64,000 nt of DNA. It comes from a virus. The stretch spans positions 6,805 to 70,804 of the IMG/VR virus record IMGVR_UViG_3300040856_002293. One strand, written 5' to 3'. Both the position numbers and the translations under genes were made by a program. Positions 42,750 to 53,709 of this stretch are shown one piece after another. A model generated the notes under the pieces. It worked only from the letters and a program-made list of their open reading frames with translations, was not told the origin of the DNA and did not search any database. Each line of letters starts with the position of its first letter. Position 1 is the first letter of the stretch.

Positions 42750-44821
42750 TGAATGATATTAATTTAGAGGTATTAGATAATTGTCCAGGAGGTTGTGATG
42801 ATAATACTACATCATCTACCTCCAATATGGAAAGAAGAATGAGTCCTGGATTTGAGGTAGACCCCCTTACAGGGGAAAGATTATACTATCCTTTAGATTT
42901 ATTAAGAAGTGATGTTGTAGATTTAGATATAAAGTATACTTACTTAAGTAATATTTTTTCAGGAAATACATCATATTACAAGACTGATTTACAAAAAAGA
43001 AAACCTATATCAAAAAGTTCGGTAGATGCCACAACAGGTATACCTAAAGAAGCCAATAACTTAGGGGATAAATATACTGAAGAGGATTTAAAAGATTTAA
43101 ATAGAGAATTTGTTACAAAAAATAATGTAGGAACAAATATAGTTTCTATGACTTATACTAAAGTAGATGAGAATACTTTAGAAATAAATCCCTTACATTA
43201 CAGAATAATGCCTCAAAAAAGAGTAGTATCTGATTCTGATTTATGTTCTCAAATTGATTGCAGTTTTACATTCTTTGTTGAAGATGAAGTTGCTCCTCCT
43301 GAAACTATTTATCCTCCAGGTACATTCTTTAGAATTGCTTACGATACTCAAGCACAAAGTCTTTCTAAGACACCTTGCGAACAGCAGATTTACTTTGTCA
43401 AGAGTGGTAATTGTGTTTGTCCTATACCTAATAAGCAAACTTTACAAGTTATGCTTGTTGAAAGAAACAAAGTTATACAAAGCGTATTCGTTATAGAACC
43501 ATCTCAATTTGAACCTTTTGAAGTAATAGAGCCTTGTCCAGATAGAACATCAGAATGGATTGAAGATTATGAAGTAAGTTCTGGATGTAAAGCACCTACT
43601 TTAGATGTAGATTTAAGTGCTTTAGATAGAATAAATATACCTGAATTACCTGAAGTAATACAAGGACCTCCGGGTACACCAGGCGCACCAGGCGCACCGG
43701 GTGTTCCAGGATCCGCTGGTGCAGCAGGACCTCCAGGTGCAGCAGGACCCGCAGGAGCAGTTGGTTCACCAGGCGCAGCAGGACCTGCAGGACAATCTGG
43801 ACCTGAAGGACCACAGGGACCACAAGGACCGCAAGGACCCGCTGGTGGTGGCGGTGGAGATTCAGGAGGAGATGGAGGAAGTGGTGTAGATAGTGGTGAT
43901 GGAGGCACAGGAATTGCAAGTTCTTTTGGAGAATGTAAGCAATACAATATACAAAGTAGACCTCCTAATTTAACTAAACCAGCACCCGGTAAGATATTAA
44001 TTATAGACTCAAGTACCAAAGAAGCAGGATTGTATACAATTCCACCTACTGGAGGTTTCTCTGATAGAGTAAGTTCTGCAATCAAACCTATTTTTATTAA
44101 TCGTTCAAATAGACAAGAACTCATTGATGTGATGTCGAGATTGATTGATGAAAATCCAAGTTCAAATAATTCAGAAATTCTAAATTCATTATTTACTAAT
44201 AAATTATATGTACCAGCAAGGTCTCCTATTGTAGAACTGTTTGGAGATTGTGGGTCTTCTCAACCTATTGATGTTATACCTACAGATAATTTTACAGTAT
44301 CTATATCTCATAATATACCAAATAGGGTATTCAACATATCTTTTGCCTCTGGAGAATCTTATGGTATTGGATTCAATAATCCATATGAAGAAACAGGAGA
44401 GCAAAACGTATTTGTTCCTGAGTTTGAATATTCTTTGGGAGATGTAGTAACTATGCAAAATGATAGAGGAGATGATGAAGAGTATGTATTGACAGATGTT
44501 AGAGAATCTTCACCAACAGGAGATGTAAGATTGTCTAATATAGGACAAAGAACTTCGGATTTCCAATCAGTAGGAAGATCTGTGGCATCTAATATAAAGT
44601 ATGTGTTCACTTTCACTAAAGTTGAAGGAGACTTAACTGATGAAGAACCTATAGATTCTGATTTAACTTCAGGAGATAATGGTAATACCTCTAATGTTAG
44701 AGGTGGAGGTGGAGGTGTACCAGTAGGATTTAATGGAGGTGGAGGTGTACCAGTAGGATTTAATGGAGGAGGAGGTATTCCTACAGGAGGAGGGGGCAAT
44801 AATGGATTCAGAATACGGTAG
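42749..44821 (+). CDS. structural protein with collagen-like Gly-X-Y segment
   Basis: 20 consecutive GXY triplets; Gly-rich C-terminus. Confidence 0.85.
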   Translation: MNDINLEVLDNCPGGCDDNTTSSTSNMERRMSPGFEVDPLTGERLYYPLDLLRSDVVDLDIKYTYLSNIFSGNTSYYKTDLQKRKPISKSSVDATTGIPKEANNLGDKYTEEDLKDLNREFVTKNNVGTNIVSMTYTKVDENTLEINPLHYRIMPQKRVVSDSDLCSQIDCSFTFFVEDEVAPPETIYPPGTFFRIAYDTQAQSLSKTPCEQQIYFVKSGNCVCPIPNKQTLQVMLVERNKVIQSVFVIEPSQFEPFEVIEPCPDRTSEWIEDYEVSSGCKAPTLDVDLSALDRINIPELPEVIQGPPGTPGAPGAPGVPGSAGAAGPPGAAGPAGAVGSPGAAGPAGQSGPEGPQGPQGPQGPAGGGGGDSGGDGGSGVDSGDGGTGIASSFGECKQYNIQSRPPNLTKPAPGKILIIDSSTKEAGLYTIPPTGGFSDRVSSAIKPIFINRSNRQELIDVMSRLIDENPSSNNSEILNSLFTNKLYVPARSPIVELFGDCGSSQPIDVIPTDNFTVSISHNIPNRVFNISFASGESYGIGFNNPYEETGEQNVFVPEFEYSLGDVVTMQNDRGDDEEYVLTDVRESSPTGDVRLSNIGQRTSDFQSVGRSVASNIKYVFTFTKVEGDLTDEEPIDSDLTSGDNGNTSNVRGGGGGVPVGFNGGGGVPVGFNGGGGIPTGGGGNNGFRIR
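43664..43843 (+). repeat. collagen-like coding repeat
   Basis: GPPGTPGAPGAPGVPG...GPQGPQGPQGPA. Confidence 0.9.
44704..44778 (+). repeat. 30-bp tandem coding repeat (GGGGVPVGFN)
   Basis: GGAGGTGGAGGTGTACCAGTAGGATTTAAT, about 2.5 copies. Confidence 0.8.
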
Positions 44822-44847
44822 TATATATAATTATATTAAAGTAGTAT

Positions 44848-47800
44848 ATGTCATTAGATAGATTTGTAAATAATATAGAAATACTTAATTCTAACTCTAA
44901 GTTAGAAGGATTTGTACTTAATACTGATGACATAAATTCATTAAATCAAGAGGTAACAGTTCTAACTGATATATCTGACAATCCTAAGTATAGATTGTCA
45001 GTAGAATCTCATATATATAATTCGTCTGGTGAATACATACTGTCTGAATACAATACTCCTTTTGAGCATTCCACCAAGTATTCAGATTTTACTTTTGATA
45101 TTTCATCCTTACTTTACAATAATTCTTTATTATCAGGTCAATTAAAGATTAGTATGTCTTTCCTAATTAATATATTAGGAACGCATGGTAGTTCTCCATT
45201 TACTTTACAAGAAGTAAGTCCTGATAGAACTGAAATAAAATTAATTGTAAAAGAGTCCTATTTAAGCAAATATCCTTCAATTAGAGAAGAGGTAGAGTAT
45301 TTTAAAAAGTTTGCGGGAAGATTAAAGTCAAAAGGATTATTAAATAATTTAGTATTAAATTTCTCTCAAAATAATATAGTACAAGTAGTAAACATAAAAG
45401 TAGATTGTCAAGATGATTTGATAATATACTGTAAACTTTACTCACCTCTATTAGATAATATTATTGAGAAGAGTGTAGCCTACATATCCTATAAAGTGTT
45501 AGAGGATTACATTGATGTCTTTACGATAAGACCATCAGAAATACGGCAAACTTTTAATGTACTAAAGGGTCCAAACTACAGAACTTGTTCAGATGTAGAA
45601 GCAAGTAATGAAACGGAAGTAAAAACTTGGAATTCTTTATTGGATACAGATTCTGATACATCTAATAGATTATTAAGAGATATATTTTCAGGTTCTAAAG
45701 AAGTTGATTTAAACATAGATTTTACTGATTTTAAAAACTTTGTGCAATACGGCTCTGCAACAGAGAGAGTTAAAAATTATGATTATAAGTTAAGACTCAT
45801 TGAGTATTATGATTCTCAGTATAAACAGGCACTTAACTCCACTTCAGGTTCTTCTACCTATATTATAGAAGCCTCTAATAACTATTTAAATAGAATTAAT
45901 AAGGTAAGAGATAATTTTGATAGGTTTGAGAATTTTTTATTTAATACAACAGGTAGTCTATTTACTCACGATATTACAGGAAGTATACAGCCTAACCCTA
46001 AATATATTTCTGAAAATAAGGTTTTAAACTATCCAACTACAAGTTCTCAATATAACAGATGGTATAATACCTTTTTATCATCTTCCATAGAATACGATAG
46101 AACTAATTATAGTAGTTTTTTCTACAATACCCCTGACCATATTTTAAGGGATGAAAGAAATAGTCAATATGTTACTTTCCTTCATATGATAGGACAGCAT
46201 TTTGACAATATTTATACTTTTGTAAGAAAACTGACAAGTATACATCAAAGAGATGAACACCCTCAAAGAGGTATACCTAATGAACTATTGCCTTATTATG
46301 CCAAATCTTTAGGTTGGAAAATTCAAAATACAAGGAATTTAAGTGATTTATGGCTATACAAATTAGGAACAGATGCTACTGGTAGTTATTCCAACCCTTC
46401 TGGAGAACTTTTAAGTAAATCTCACGAGAACTTATCTCATCAAATTTGGAGAAGAATCGTAAATAATCTTCCTCATTTACTAAAAACAAAAGGGTCTACA
46501 AGATCTGTAAGAGCCTTATTTTCTATATATGGTATACCTTTTACTCTCATAAGCGTAAAAGAGTATGGTGGACCTCAAATGGATGAAGAAAATCCTCCTA
46601 TTCTTTCCGAGGATAAGTTTCAATATCTTTTAAATTTTGGGCAAGAAGAATATATAGAAATACCAAGAAGATTATACTCATCGTCTTTAGATTTAATTCC
46701 ACAAATTCCACAAACTACAGAGTTTAGATTTAGAACAGACTATACTGGAAGTGCAAGTATGAGTTTGTGGGCAGTAGAAGACTATAATGATAGGTCTAAT
46801 ATACTACAAAATCTTGAATTAGTATATCACACAGCTTCTTTATATGGAAAGAGAACGTATGGATATCTTAAATATACAGTACAAACAGGCTCTTTAGGTA
46901 GTTTAACTCCTATTGAATCCACAAGTAGTCTTTTACCCTTATTTGATAATGATATATGGACAGTAAGACTCTATAGTGATTATCCATTGTATTCAGGATC
47001 TTTATTTAATGGAAAGTTAAGTATTGATGTAGCAAAATCAAGTGATTTTGTTGACAATAGGATATCCATCTCTTCAAGTTTCTATGTATCTTCAAGTGCT
47101 GAGTCCTTGTATTACTCTTTGGGAATTGATGATACTATCATTCCAACAGGACATACTGCTGTTTTGGGAGGAACTACGGGAAGTAATTCCGTAAGATTTA
47201 GTGGTTCTATGCATTCTTATAGAGAATTTTTGGCAGGATTTCCTAAAAAAGTTTTCGATGAGCATGTGCTTAACCCTTCAAGTTATCATACTAATGCTTA
47301 TAGTTCATCTTATGATGAATTGTTTAGATATTATCCTTTAGGCTTGGATAACTTAAGATATGACCATTCTTCCTATTCTTACGTTAGCTCAAGTCACCCT
47401 AATCAAACTTTCTATGGAACTAATCCTGCAACGTTTTATAACTTTACAGGAGGTCAAGAAGACCAATATTCTTCAAGAATAGAGACTCATTATAGGTATT
47501 TCCCTTCTTTAGGAGCAAATAATCCAAAGTCTAATAAGATTAAATTTGAGTCTACTAAATTAATATCTGAGTTATCTCCTGAAAGAAAAGCTACTCAAAA
47601 TAGATATGATAAAGAGCAGAAAGATAGCAATAGATTAGCTATTGTATTCTCTCCAACAGACCAAGTTAATAAGGATATTTCTAACCAATTTGGTCCTTAT
47701 AACTTTGAGAATCTTGTAGGAGACCCTAAAGATGGAGTTAAGCCTATATATCCTTCTTTGGAACAAGCAAGAGATGAATATTTCAAGAAGTTTACAAGAG

Positions 47801-49086
47801 CCAATGATATTGGTAAATTCATAGAAATATTTAGTTTATATGATTATTCTGTATTTGAACAAGTAAAGCAATTAGTTCCTGCAAGAGCAAACTTAATAAC
47901 AGGTGTTCTTATAGAACCTTCTTTATTAGAAAGACCTAAAATAGAAAGGAAGTTTCCATCTATCTCTGTATTAAACAAAGAGACTATATTAAAAGGTGCA
48001 GAATTAAATATAGATTCTAATTATGTACCTACTTTACAAACTACCCTAACACCTCCTTTAGAGATAGAAGTTGAAAGAGAAAAGAGAAGAGTAAATATAG
48101 AGTTCTCCCCAACTTTAGAAATGGAGCGAACTAAGTATAGTGGAAGGACAGATGTTACTGTTGAAATAGAAGTAGATCGTACTAAACTAAAAGTTGAACA
48201 ATCTTTTAATACTTTATCCTTTGATAAAGAACAATCAGGAGTTCCTGTTTATGATGCTTCTATCAATTTATCCAATATATATGAACGTACTCCTTATGCT
48301 ATTGAAAATGCTGATGTTACTGAGGAGACTATAACTTATACTTATAAAGATGCTAACGGAAACAATAAAACAAGAACTATTGTTGATAAGGTATATAAAC
48401 CCTTTGTTGCTAATACTACTGTTATTAAAAGAAACTTAACAACAAATGATGTTTTAGATATAGAGAAGTATGGAGTTGGTTCTTTTTATGTGTATGATAT
48501 AACTTCTACTGAAGTTCCTTTTGTAAGTTCTCAGTTAGATGATTCAAGTTATACATTTTATTTTACGACTATAGAACCTGATATTGCAACTGTAACATCT
48601 TTAACAGGACCTAACTTCAAAGAGTTTATAGAGAAGTATGATTTCCAAGTATATGATGGTATGACCACCATATTTAAGAAACAAAATTTTGGAGGAATAT
48701 TTAATGTACATATATCAAGTTCAAGATTATACAATAATTACTCAACCACAGAATATTTCTATTCAAGTTCAGGAGATTTTGTTTTAGGGCAAACTTCTCC
48801 TAATATGTTGAAATCTCCTGTTTATTTTAAAACATATACAGGAAGAATAAGTGATTATGAAAGAGAAAAAAATTATGCTATAAATAAAGAATACAATGCA
48901 TTTTATTCATCTTCCCAAAAACCTGCGAATTATCAATTCTCTGAAGATAGTAGTGCTATGTCTTCAAGATTCAAAGGTTCAAAATTGGTGGGAGCAGGAA
49001 TAAATATAGATTCAACTGCTACAGTAACAGGAGGTCCTGTTGTAACTGTAACTATAGTAAATGAAAATGATATAATTGTACAGTAA
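44848..49086 (+). CDS. large baseplate/tail structural protein
   Basis: 'LLKTKGSTRSVRAL..IYG' baseplate-wedge motif; central LamG-like domain; 'QLVPARA' motif. Confidence 0.75.
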   Translation: MSLDRFVNNIEILNSNSKLEGFVLNTDDINSLNQEVTVLTDISDNPKYRLSVESHIYNSSGEYILSEYNTPFEHSTKYSDFTFDISSLLYNNSLLSGQLKISMSFLINILGTHGSSPFTLQEVSPDRTEIKLIVKESYLSKYPSIREEVEYFKKFAGRLKSKGLLNNLVLNFSQNNIVQVVNIKVDCQDDLIIYCKLYSPLLDNIIEKSVAYISYKVLEDYIDVFTIRPSEIRQTFNVLKGPNYRTCSDVEASNETEVKTWNSLLDTDSDTSNRLLRDIFSGSKEVDLNIDFTDFKNFVQYGSATERVKNYDYKLRLIEYYDSQYKQALNSTSGSSTYIIEASNNYLNRINKVRDNFDRFENFLFNTTGSLFTHDITGSIQPNPKYISENKVLNYPTTSSQYNRWYNTFLSSSIEYDRTNYSSFFYNTPDHILRDERNSQYVTFLHMIGQHFDNIYTFVRKLTSIHQRDEHPQRGIPNELLPYYAKSLGWKIQNTRNLSDLWLYKLGTDATGSYSNPSGELLSKSHENLSHQIWRRIVNNLPHLLKTKGSTRSVRALFSIYGIPFTLISVKEYGGPQMDEENPPILSEDKFQYLLNFGQEEYIEIPRRLYSSSLDLIPQIPQTTEFRFRTDYTGSASMSLWAVEDYNDRSNILQNLELVYHTASLYGKRTYGYLKYTVQTGSLGSLTPIESTSSLLPLFDNDIWTVRLYSDYPLYSGSLFNGKLSIDVAKSSDFVDNRISISSSFYVSSSAESLYYSLGIDDTIIPTGHTAVLGGTTGSNSVRFSGSMHSYREFLAGFPKKVFDEHVLNPSSYHTNAYSSSYDELFRYYPLGLDNLRYDHSSYSYVSSSHPNQTFYGTNPATFYNFTGGQEDQYSSRIETHYRYFPSLGANNPKSNKIKFESTKLISELSPERKATQNRYDKEQKDSNRLAIVFSPTDQVNKDISNQFGPYNFENLVGDPKDGVKPIYPSLEQARDEYFKKFTRANDIGKFIEIFSLYDYSVFEQVKQLVPARANLITGVLIEPSLLERPKIERKFPSISVLNKETILKGAELNIDSNYVPTLQTTLTPPLEIEVEREKRRVNIEFSPTLEMERTKYSGRTDVTVEIEVDRTKLKVEQSFNTLSFDKEQSGVPVYDASINLSNIYERTPYAIENADVTEETITYTYKDANGNNKTRTIVDKVYKPFVANTTVIKRNLTTNDVLDIEKYGVGSFYVYDITSTEVPFVSSQLDDSSYTFYFTTIEPDIATVTSLTGPNFKEFIEKYDFQVYDGMTTIFKKQNFGGIFNVHISSSRLYNNYSTTEYFYSSSGDFVLGQTSPNMLKSPVYFKTYTGRISDYEREKNYAINKEYNAFYSSSQKPANYQFSEDSSAMSSRFKGSKLVGAGINIDSTATVTGGPVVTVTIVNENDIIVQ

Positions 49087-49138
49087 AACAAAATAAAATA
49101 AACAAAGTATATATTTATAATAAAAAACAACTTACATT

Positions 49139-49825
49139 ATGGGATATTTGAATAATTCATCAATTGTTATTGATGCTGTTCTTACAAAAAAAGGAAGAGA
49201 ACTCTTGGCGAGAGGTCAAAATGAATTTAGAGTTTCATATTTTGCTCTTGCTGATGATGAAATAGACTATTCATTATGGAATAGTGACCACCCATTAGGT
49301 AGTGCTTATTATGGTAGAACCATTGAAAATTTACCTATTACTGAAGCAGTTACTGATGAAACTCAAGTAATGAAGTATCCTTTAGTAACTTTACCCAAAA
49401 ATACTATTAGAATCCCTGTAATATCAGTTGCTCAAAACGCTTATACTTTTAAAGCAACTTCAGATAGGATTACAATTACTCCCAATACTATCAATTTTGA
49501 GGATGGAAACAGAACTTTAGGATATACAGCAGTATTAAGTGATAGTGATGTTGCTGAATTCGTTACTGTAACTCCTTCCCCTGCACAGTCTACTGGTCAA
49601 GATGCTGCTGCATCTATTCCACCTCCTATTAGTGATTTAGAATCTTCTCAGACTATTACTGTTAGTGGAACTTCTTTTGTGTTAAGAGGTAAGTTCTCTA
49701 CTCTAAGGTCTAAGAAAGCAACTCTTACTTTAATTGGAAACGAAACAGGAGGAAGAGTAACCATAGAGTTAAATGTAAATAGATTGACTCAAACCAACTC
49801 CCCAGGCTCTAACATTACAGTATAA
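49139..49825 (+). CDS. conserved virion structural protein
   Basis: MGYL....IDAVLTKKGRELLA...FALADDEIDY motif. Confidence 0.8.
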   Translation: MGYLNNSSIVIDAVLTKKGRELLARGQNEFRVSYFALADDEIDYSLWNSDHPLGSAYYGRTIENLPITEAVTDETQVMKYPLVTLPKNTIRIPVISVAQNAYTFKATSDRITITPNTINFEDGNRTLGYTAVLSDSDVAEFVTVTPSPAQSTGQDAAASIPPPISDLESSQTITVSGTSFVLRGKFSTLRSKKATLTLIGNETGGRVTIELNVNRLTQTNSPGSNITV

Positions 49826-49845
49826 CAAAAATTAAATAGATAAAT

Positions 49846-50928
49846 ATGTTTGTACGATTTCAAGCCGATGATGTTGTTCCTAATCAACAGGAAACTGTTA
49901 CAAGAGCAATGTTCTCTAATAATGTAGGTAATTTAGTTACCTTCTTCTCTTCATCTGCTCAAACAGCTACCCAAAAAACTTATTATTACGAGGTATTCAA
50001 TAGTGCATCAACTGCTCCTACAGCAGAAGCTCAATTTTCTGTTGCTTTTGGGCATAGATTTGGTTCAGGATCTGCTGGAGAGGGTGGCCAAGTTGACGAT
50101 ACTCCATCAAGAGCTCTTTACTCACAGTATAGGCAACTTTGTTTAGATGCAGGAGTGCAATCATTTACTAATAATGGTGTAAACTCTGACTATATCTATG
50201 TGATTAATTTTAATAGAGCAAGATTAAAAGATGGAATTGACGAGGGAAACATCGAGTTGAATCTACATCATTTGTCAGGTTCTCAATTTTTGGCAGGAGG
50301 TGGAATCCTAAATGAATATACAGGTTCAAAAGTTACTTTAGGAGCATCTACTGCTTTAAGATTAGTAGATGATAGTAAGATTGCTTCTGCCACAGTAACT
50401 TCTGCGGGAGAAGTATATAATATTGTATCAGGAACTATTGAGGATGGGGTGTATAACTCAACTGCTCCTCACTACTATGGAAAACTATTCCCTAAATTAG
50501 GAGTAGCCATATTAGATGGTGCTAAATTAGACCTATCTGCTTCTTTTGGAACTGTTACTGGTTCTGATGTTGCAGGAGATAACGCATATAAATTCTTCAC
50601 ATCCTTATCAGGATCTGCTGCTTTATTAACAGATGCAAGTGGAGATGCTTTAGGATTGTCGGCAAGAAGTAAAGAGTATGTAAAATCAACTCATTACTTT
50701 GTAAGAGCAAGAGCGTCTCAATTTAACTTTTCAAATAACCCAACTTTCGTCACAGGTTCAGATGGTGATTTAGCAATATCTGATTTCATAAATGATCCTA
50801 AAGTATATATAACTACTGTAGGTTTGTACGATGAGAATAAAAACTTGTTAGCTGTTGCTAAAACAAGTAAGCCTATTCAAAAAACGTTTAGAAAAGAAAC
50901 ATTAATAGAGGTTAAGTTGGATTATTAA
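49846..50928 (+). CDS. virion structural protein (YITTVGLY family)
   Basis: FNFSNNPT...YITTVGLYD...LLAVAK.S.P...KLDY. Confidence 0.8.
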   Translation: MFVRFQADDVVPNQQETVTRAMFSNNVGNLVTFFSSSAQTATQKTYYYEVFNSASTAPTAEAQFSVAFGHRFGSGSAGEGGQVDDTPSRALYSQYRQLCLDAGVQSFTNNGVNSDYIYVINFNRARLKDGIDEGNIELNLHHLSGSQFLAGGGILNEYTGSKVTLGASTALRLVDDSKIASATVTSAGEVYNIVSGTIEDGVYNSTAPHYYGKLFPKLGVAILDGAKLDLSASFGTVTGSDVAGDNAYKFFTSLSGSAALLTDASGDALGLSARSKEYVKSTHYFVRARASQFNFSNNPTFVTGSDGDLAISDFINDPKVYITTVGLYDENKNLLAVAKTSKPIQKTFRKETLIEVKLDY

Positions 50929-50951
50929 TATAGGATTATTAAATATTATTT

Positions 50952-53705
50952 ATGGCTTGTAAGAGGTATAACGTATCGGTACAACCGGGTAGGTTTTCAG
51001 GATTTATTCAATATTTACAATGTAATACACTAAATCGTATAGATAGACCGGTTTCCCCACAGTCTCCAATACTTCTTACGGATGTTGAAACTATACTTAA
51101 CACAGTTTCAGTTATAGTAGAAGAATTACAGTCAACACCCACACCAACACCTCCTCCACAAACTACTCGATACTACGAATTAGTTCCTTGTAATAATCAA
51201 CTTGTTTCACTATACACAACAAGACCTCCTTCTGTAATAGGAGAGAGAGTGTCTGTTAGCAATGGTTCTGATGTTGGTGTTTCATCATCTATTTCTTGGA
51301 TATATAATGGAATAACAGAAAGTGCTACAATCCCTGGAACACTTGCAACTGCTGTTATTGGTACAGGAAGGAGTGGATGTGTAGATACACCACCCCCTAC
51401 TCCAACACCGACTCCACCACCACCTCCAGACTTTACTGGTGATTTATATGAAATAGCTTCCTGTAATACAGGACAAAGACTGTTTACTTCAAGACCTCCC
51501 GCTATACCTTCAGAAAGAGCTACCATAGCTACAGCAAATAGTGGATTTTGGGTATATACTGGGGAAATACTAAGAGGAAGAGTACCTGTAGGACTTGAAA
51601 TAGCTACAGGAGTTCAAGGAACAGGGAGAGTAGGTTGTAGTGATACATTACCTACTCCAACACCAACACCTACTCCTACAAGAAGAGTTGATTTCTTCTA
51701 TACTATACAATCTTGTACTAATTCTACTGATAGGAGATCAACTACACGATTTCCAAGATTCACAAACGAGAGAGTCTTATTAGGTTCAGCAACCTATAGA
51801 TATACAGGAGAAACTACTACAAGAGTTAGGGGAGGTAGTATACTAACAGAAAGAGATTTAAGTGATACAGGTGCTGTAGGATGTCCTTCTATTTCTGTTA
51901 CACCAACCCCTACACCGACAGGTGGCGGTGGAGGAGGAGGTGGAATTTTAATAACCCCACCCCCAACACCTACTACCGTAGATTGCTCTATAGCACAAGT
52001 AATCTCACCTAATCTACAATCTTTATATAATGAACTTTGTAGTTCAAGCAATTTTAGACAATCTGATTTTGTTCCCGGTGAGATTTTGTTGGATGGGGTA
52101 GTAATTGGAAGAGGAAATGTAACAAGAACTTTAAGATTAGGTCAAGCCTATACTATTGAGTTTAGGAAGCCATCTCACCCACTTTTCACTTTTAGTAGTG
52201 GAAGTCCTACGAAGTATGAGTTTACTGCTACTTTATCAACAACTCGTTTTGAAAGTGTATTTAGACCATCTTTTGTAGCAAACACAGGAACATTAACTGT
52301 TAACACATCCTACAATCCATCTATAGCAGGTTCTACTAAGCCTTTAAGTATTTATATAGAAGGAAAAGGAAAGATTGGAGAAGGTTCTGTAGAGAACTAT
52401 GAATTAGAACCTGGACAGTATACGGTTTACTTTGAAGCAGCGAAAGTACCTGGAATGGTATTTATTACTCCTCCAAAGCAAAAAGTTACTATTAGGGTAT
52501 GTGAAACAACAGAAGTAGATGTATCTTATGATGGATTGCCATTACCTACTAATTATTGGTTAAAGCCTATAGATGATGCTGAAAAAACTCAGTATAATGC
52601 AGTTTTAACCAAAGGAATGTTTTCAAATAATATAGCAAATTTAGTTAGATTTTATACTTCAAGTATTAGCGACTCCTTAGATAATCATTATACTCACGTT
52701 TATCACGAACCTATCTCTTATCCTACTTCCTCTATTCAATTTAGTGTAGCGTATGGAAACGTTAATGGGTCAGGATCTAATGATGAAGGAGGACAGTACA
52801 ATGATACCCCTACAAGAGCCATTTATGGACAGTATAGGAATATTATATTAGGTAGTGCTACAGATAAGCTAAATCTTTCGGGAACTCCAACAGACCACTT
52901 CTATCTAATATCCTATCAAAAAGATAGAAGAGATACAAGAGCAGATTACAATGCTTTAGAAATAAATTTAGCACACTTATCAGGTTCTGAATTTACAAAT
53001 GGCGAAGGGTTTATGGCTGCTCATACAGGGTCTAATGTAAAACTTGGGGGAGAGGGTAAAGTGCTAAGACTGATTTCAGATTATAAGATAAATGATAATC
53101 CTCAAAGAGCAGTACCTTCTGCTCCGTTAGAATATAATATAGTATCAGGTTCTATAGAAGATGGAGTATACAATTCAGATGCTCCTCATTATTATGGAAA
53201 ATTATATCCAAGTTTAGGAGTTGTTCTTTTAGATGCAAATAAGACTGATATATCTGCTTCTTTTGGTACTGTAACAAGTAGAGAGATTGATGGAAAGAAC
53301 CAATTGAAGTTATTTACAGCAATATCAGGAGCAGCACAATATACGGATGTAAGTGGTGATTTCTTAGGTATGAAAGCAAGAGCCACTAAAGAAGAGTTGA
53401 TATATTATTATTATATAAATGTTAATAATAAGGAGTTCAACTATTCAAACAATCCTACTATTTACAATACAGGGGGATTAAAATATCTTCAGTACGGAAT
53501 TCCTTCTAATATAAGAATATCTTCTGATATTTTAGATAATACTGCGGTAATTAATGAGGATTTAAGAGCCAACCCAAAAACATATATAACAACTATAGGA
53601 TTATATGATGACAATAGAAATCTTATAGCTGTAGCAAAGGTTAGTCAAGCAGAACTGAAAAGTTTTACAGATGAAGTGATGTTTACTGTTAAATTAAAGT
53701 TCTAA
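50952..53705 (+). CDS. virion protein: Cys-bounded repeats with PT linkers, PEGA-like domains, C-terminal paralog of 49846
   Basis: three 'Y....C...G..GC' units; C-terminal about 370 aa clearly homologous to 49846. Confidence 0.8.
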   Translation: MACKRYNVSVQPGRFSGFIQYLQCNTLNRIDRPVSPQSPILLTDVETILNTVSVIVEELQSTPTPTPPPQTTRYYELVPCNNQLVSLYTTRPPSVIGERVSVSNGSDVGVSSSISWIYNGITESATIPGTLATAVIGTGRSGCVDTPPPTPTPTPPPPPDFTGDLYEIASCNTGQRLFTSRPPAIPSERATIATANSGFWVYTGEILRGRVPVGLEIATGVQGTGRVGCSDTLPTPTPTPTPTRRVDFFYTIQSCTNSTDRRSTTRFPRFTNERVLLGSATYRYTGETTTRVRGGSILTERDLSDTGAVGCPSISVTPTPTPTGGGGGGGGILITPPPTPTTVDCSIAQVISPNLQSLYNELCSSSNFRQSDFVPGEILLDGVVIGRGNVTRTLRLGQAYTIEFRKPSHPLFTFSSGSPTKYEFTATLSTTRFESVFRPSFVANTGTLTVNTSYNPSIAGSTKPLSIYIEGKGKIGEGSVENYELEPGQYTVYFEAAKVPGMVFITPPKQKVTIRVCETTEVDVSYDGLPLPTNYWLKPIDDAEKTQYNAVLTKGMFSNNIANLVRFYTSSISDSLDNHYTHVYHEPISYPTSSIQFSVAYGNVNGSGSNDEGGQYNDTPTRAIYGQYRNIILGSATDKLNLSGTPTDHFYLISYQKDRRDTRADYNALEINLAHLSGSEFTNGEGFMAAHTGSNVKLGGEGKVLRLISDYKINDNPQRAVPSAPLEYNIVSGSIEDGVYNSDAPHYYGKLYPSLGVVLLDANKTDISASFGTVTSREIDGKNQLKLFTAISGAAQYTDVSGDFLGMKARATKEELIYYYYINVNNKEFNYSNNPTIYNTGGLKYLQYGIPSNIRISSDILDNTAVINEDLRANPKTYITTIGLYDDNRNLIAVAKVSQAELKSFTDEVMFTVKLKF

Positions 53706-53709
53706 ATTT

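Noticed and set aside
43567-44799. Long minus-strand ORFs (43567-44124, 44359-44799, 51197-51526 and similar)
   Set aside because: Antisense shadows of Gly/Pro-rich coding repeats, with no independent signals.
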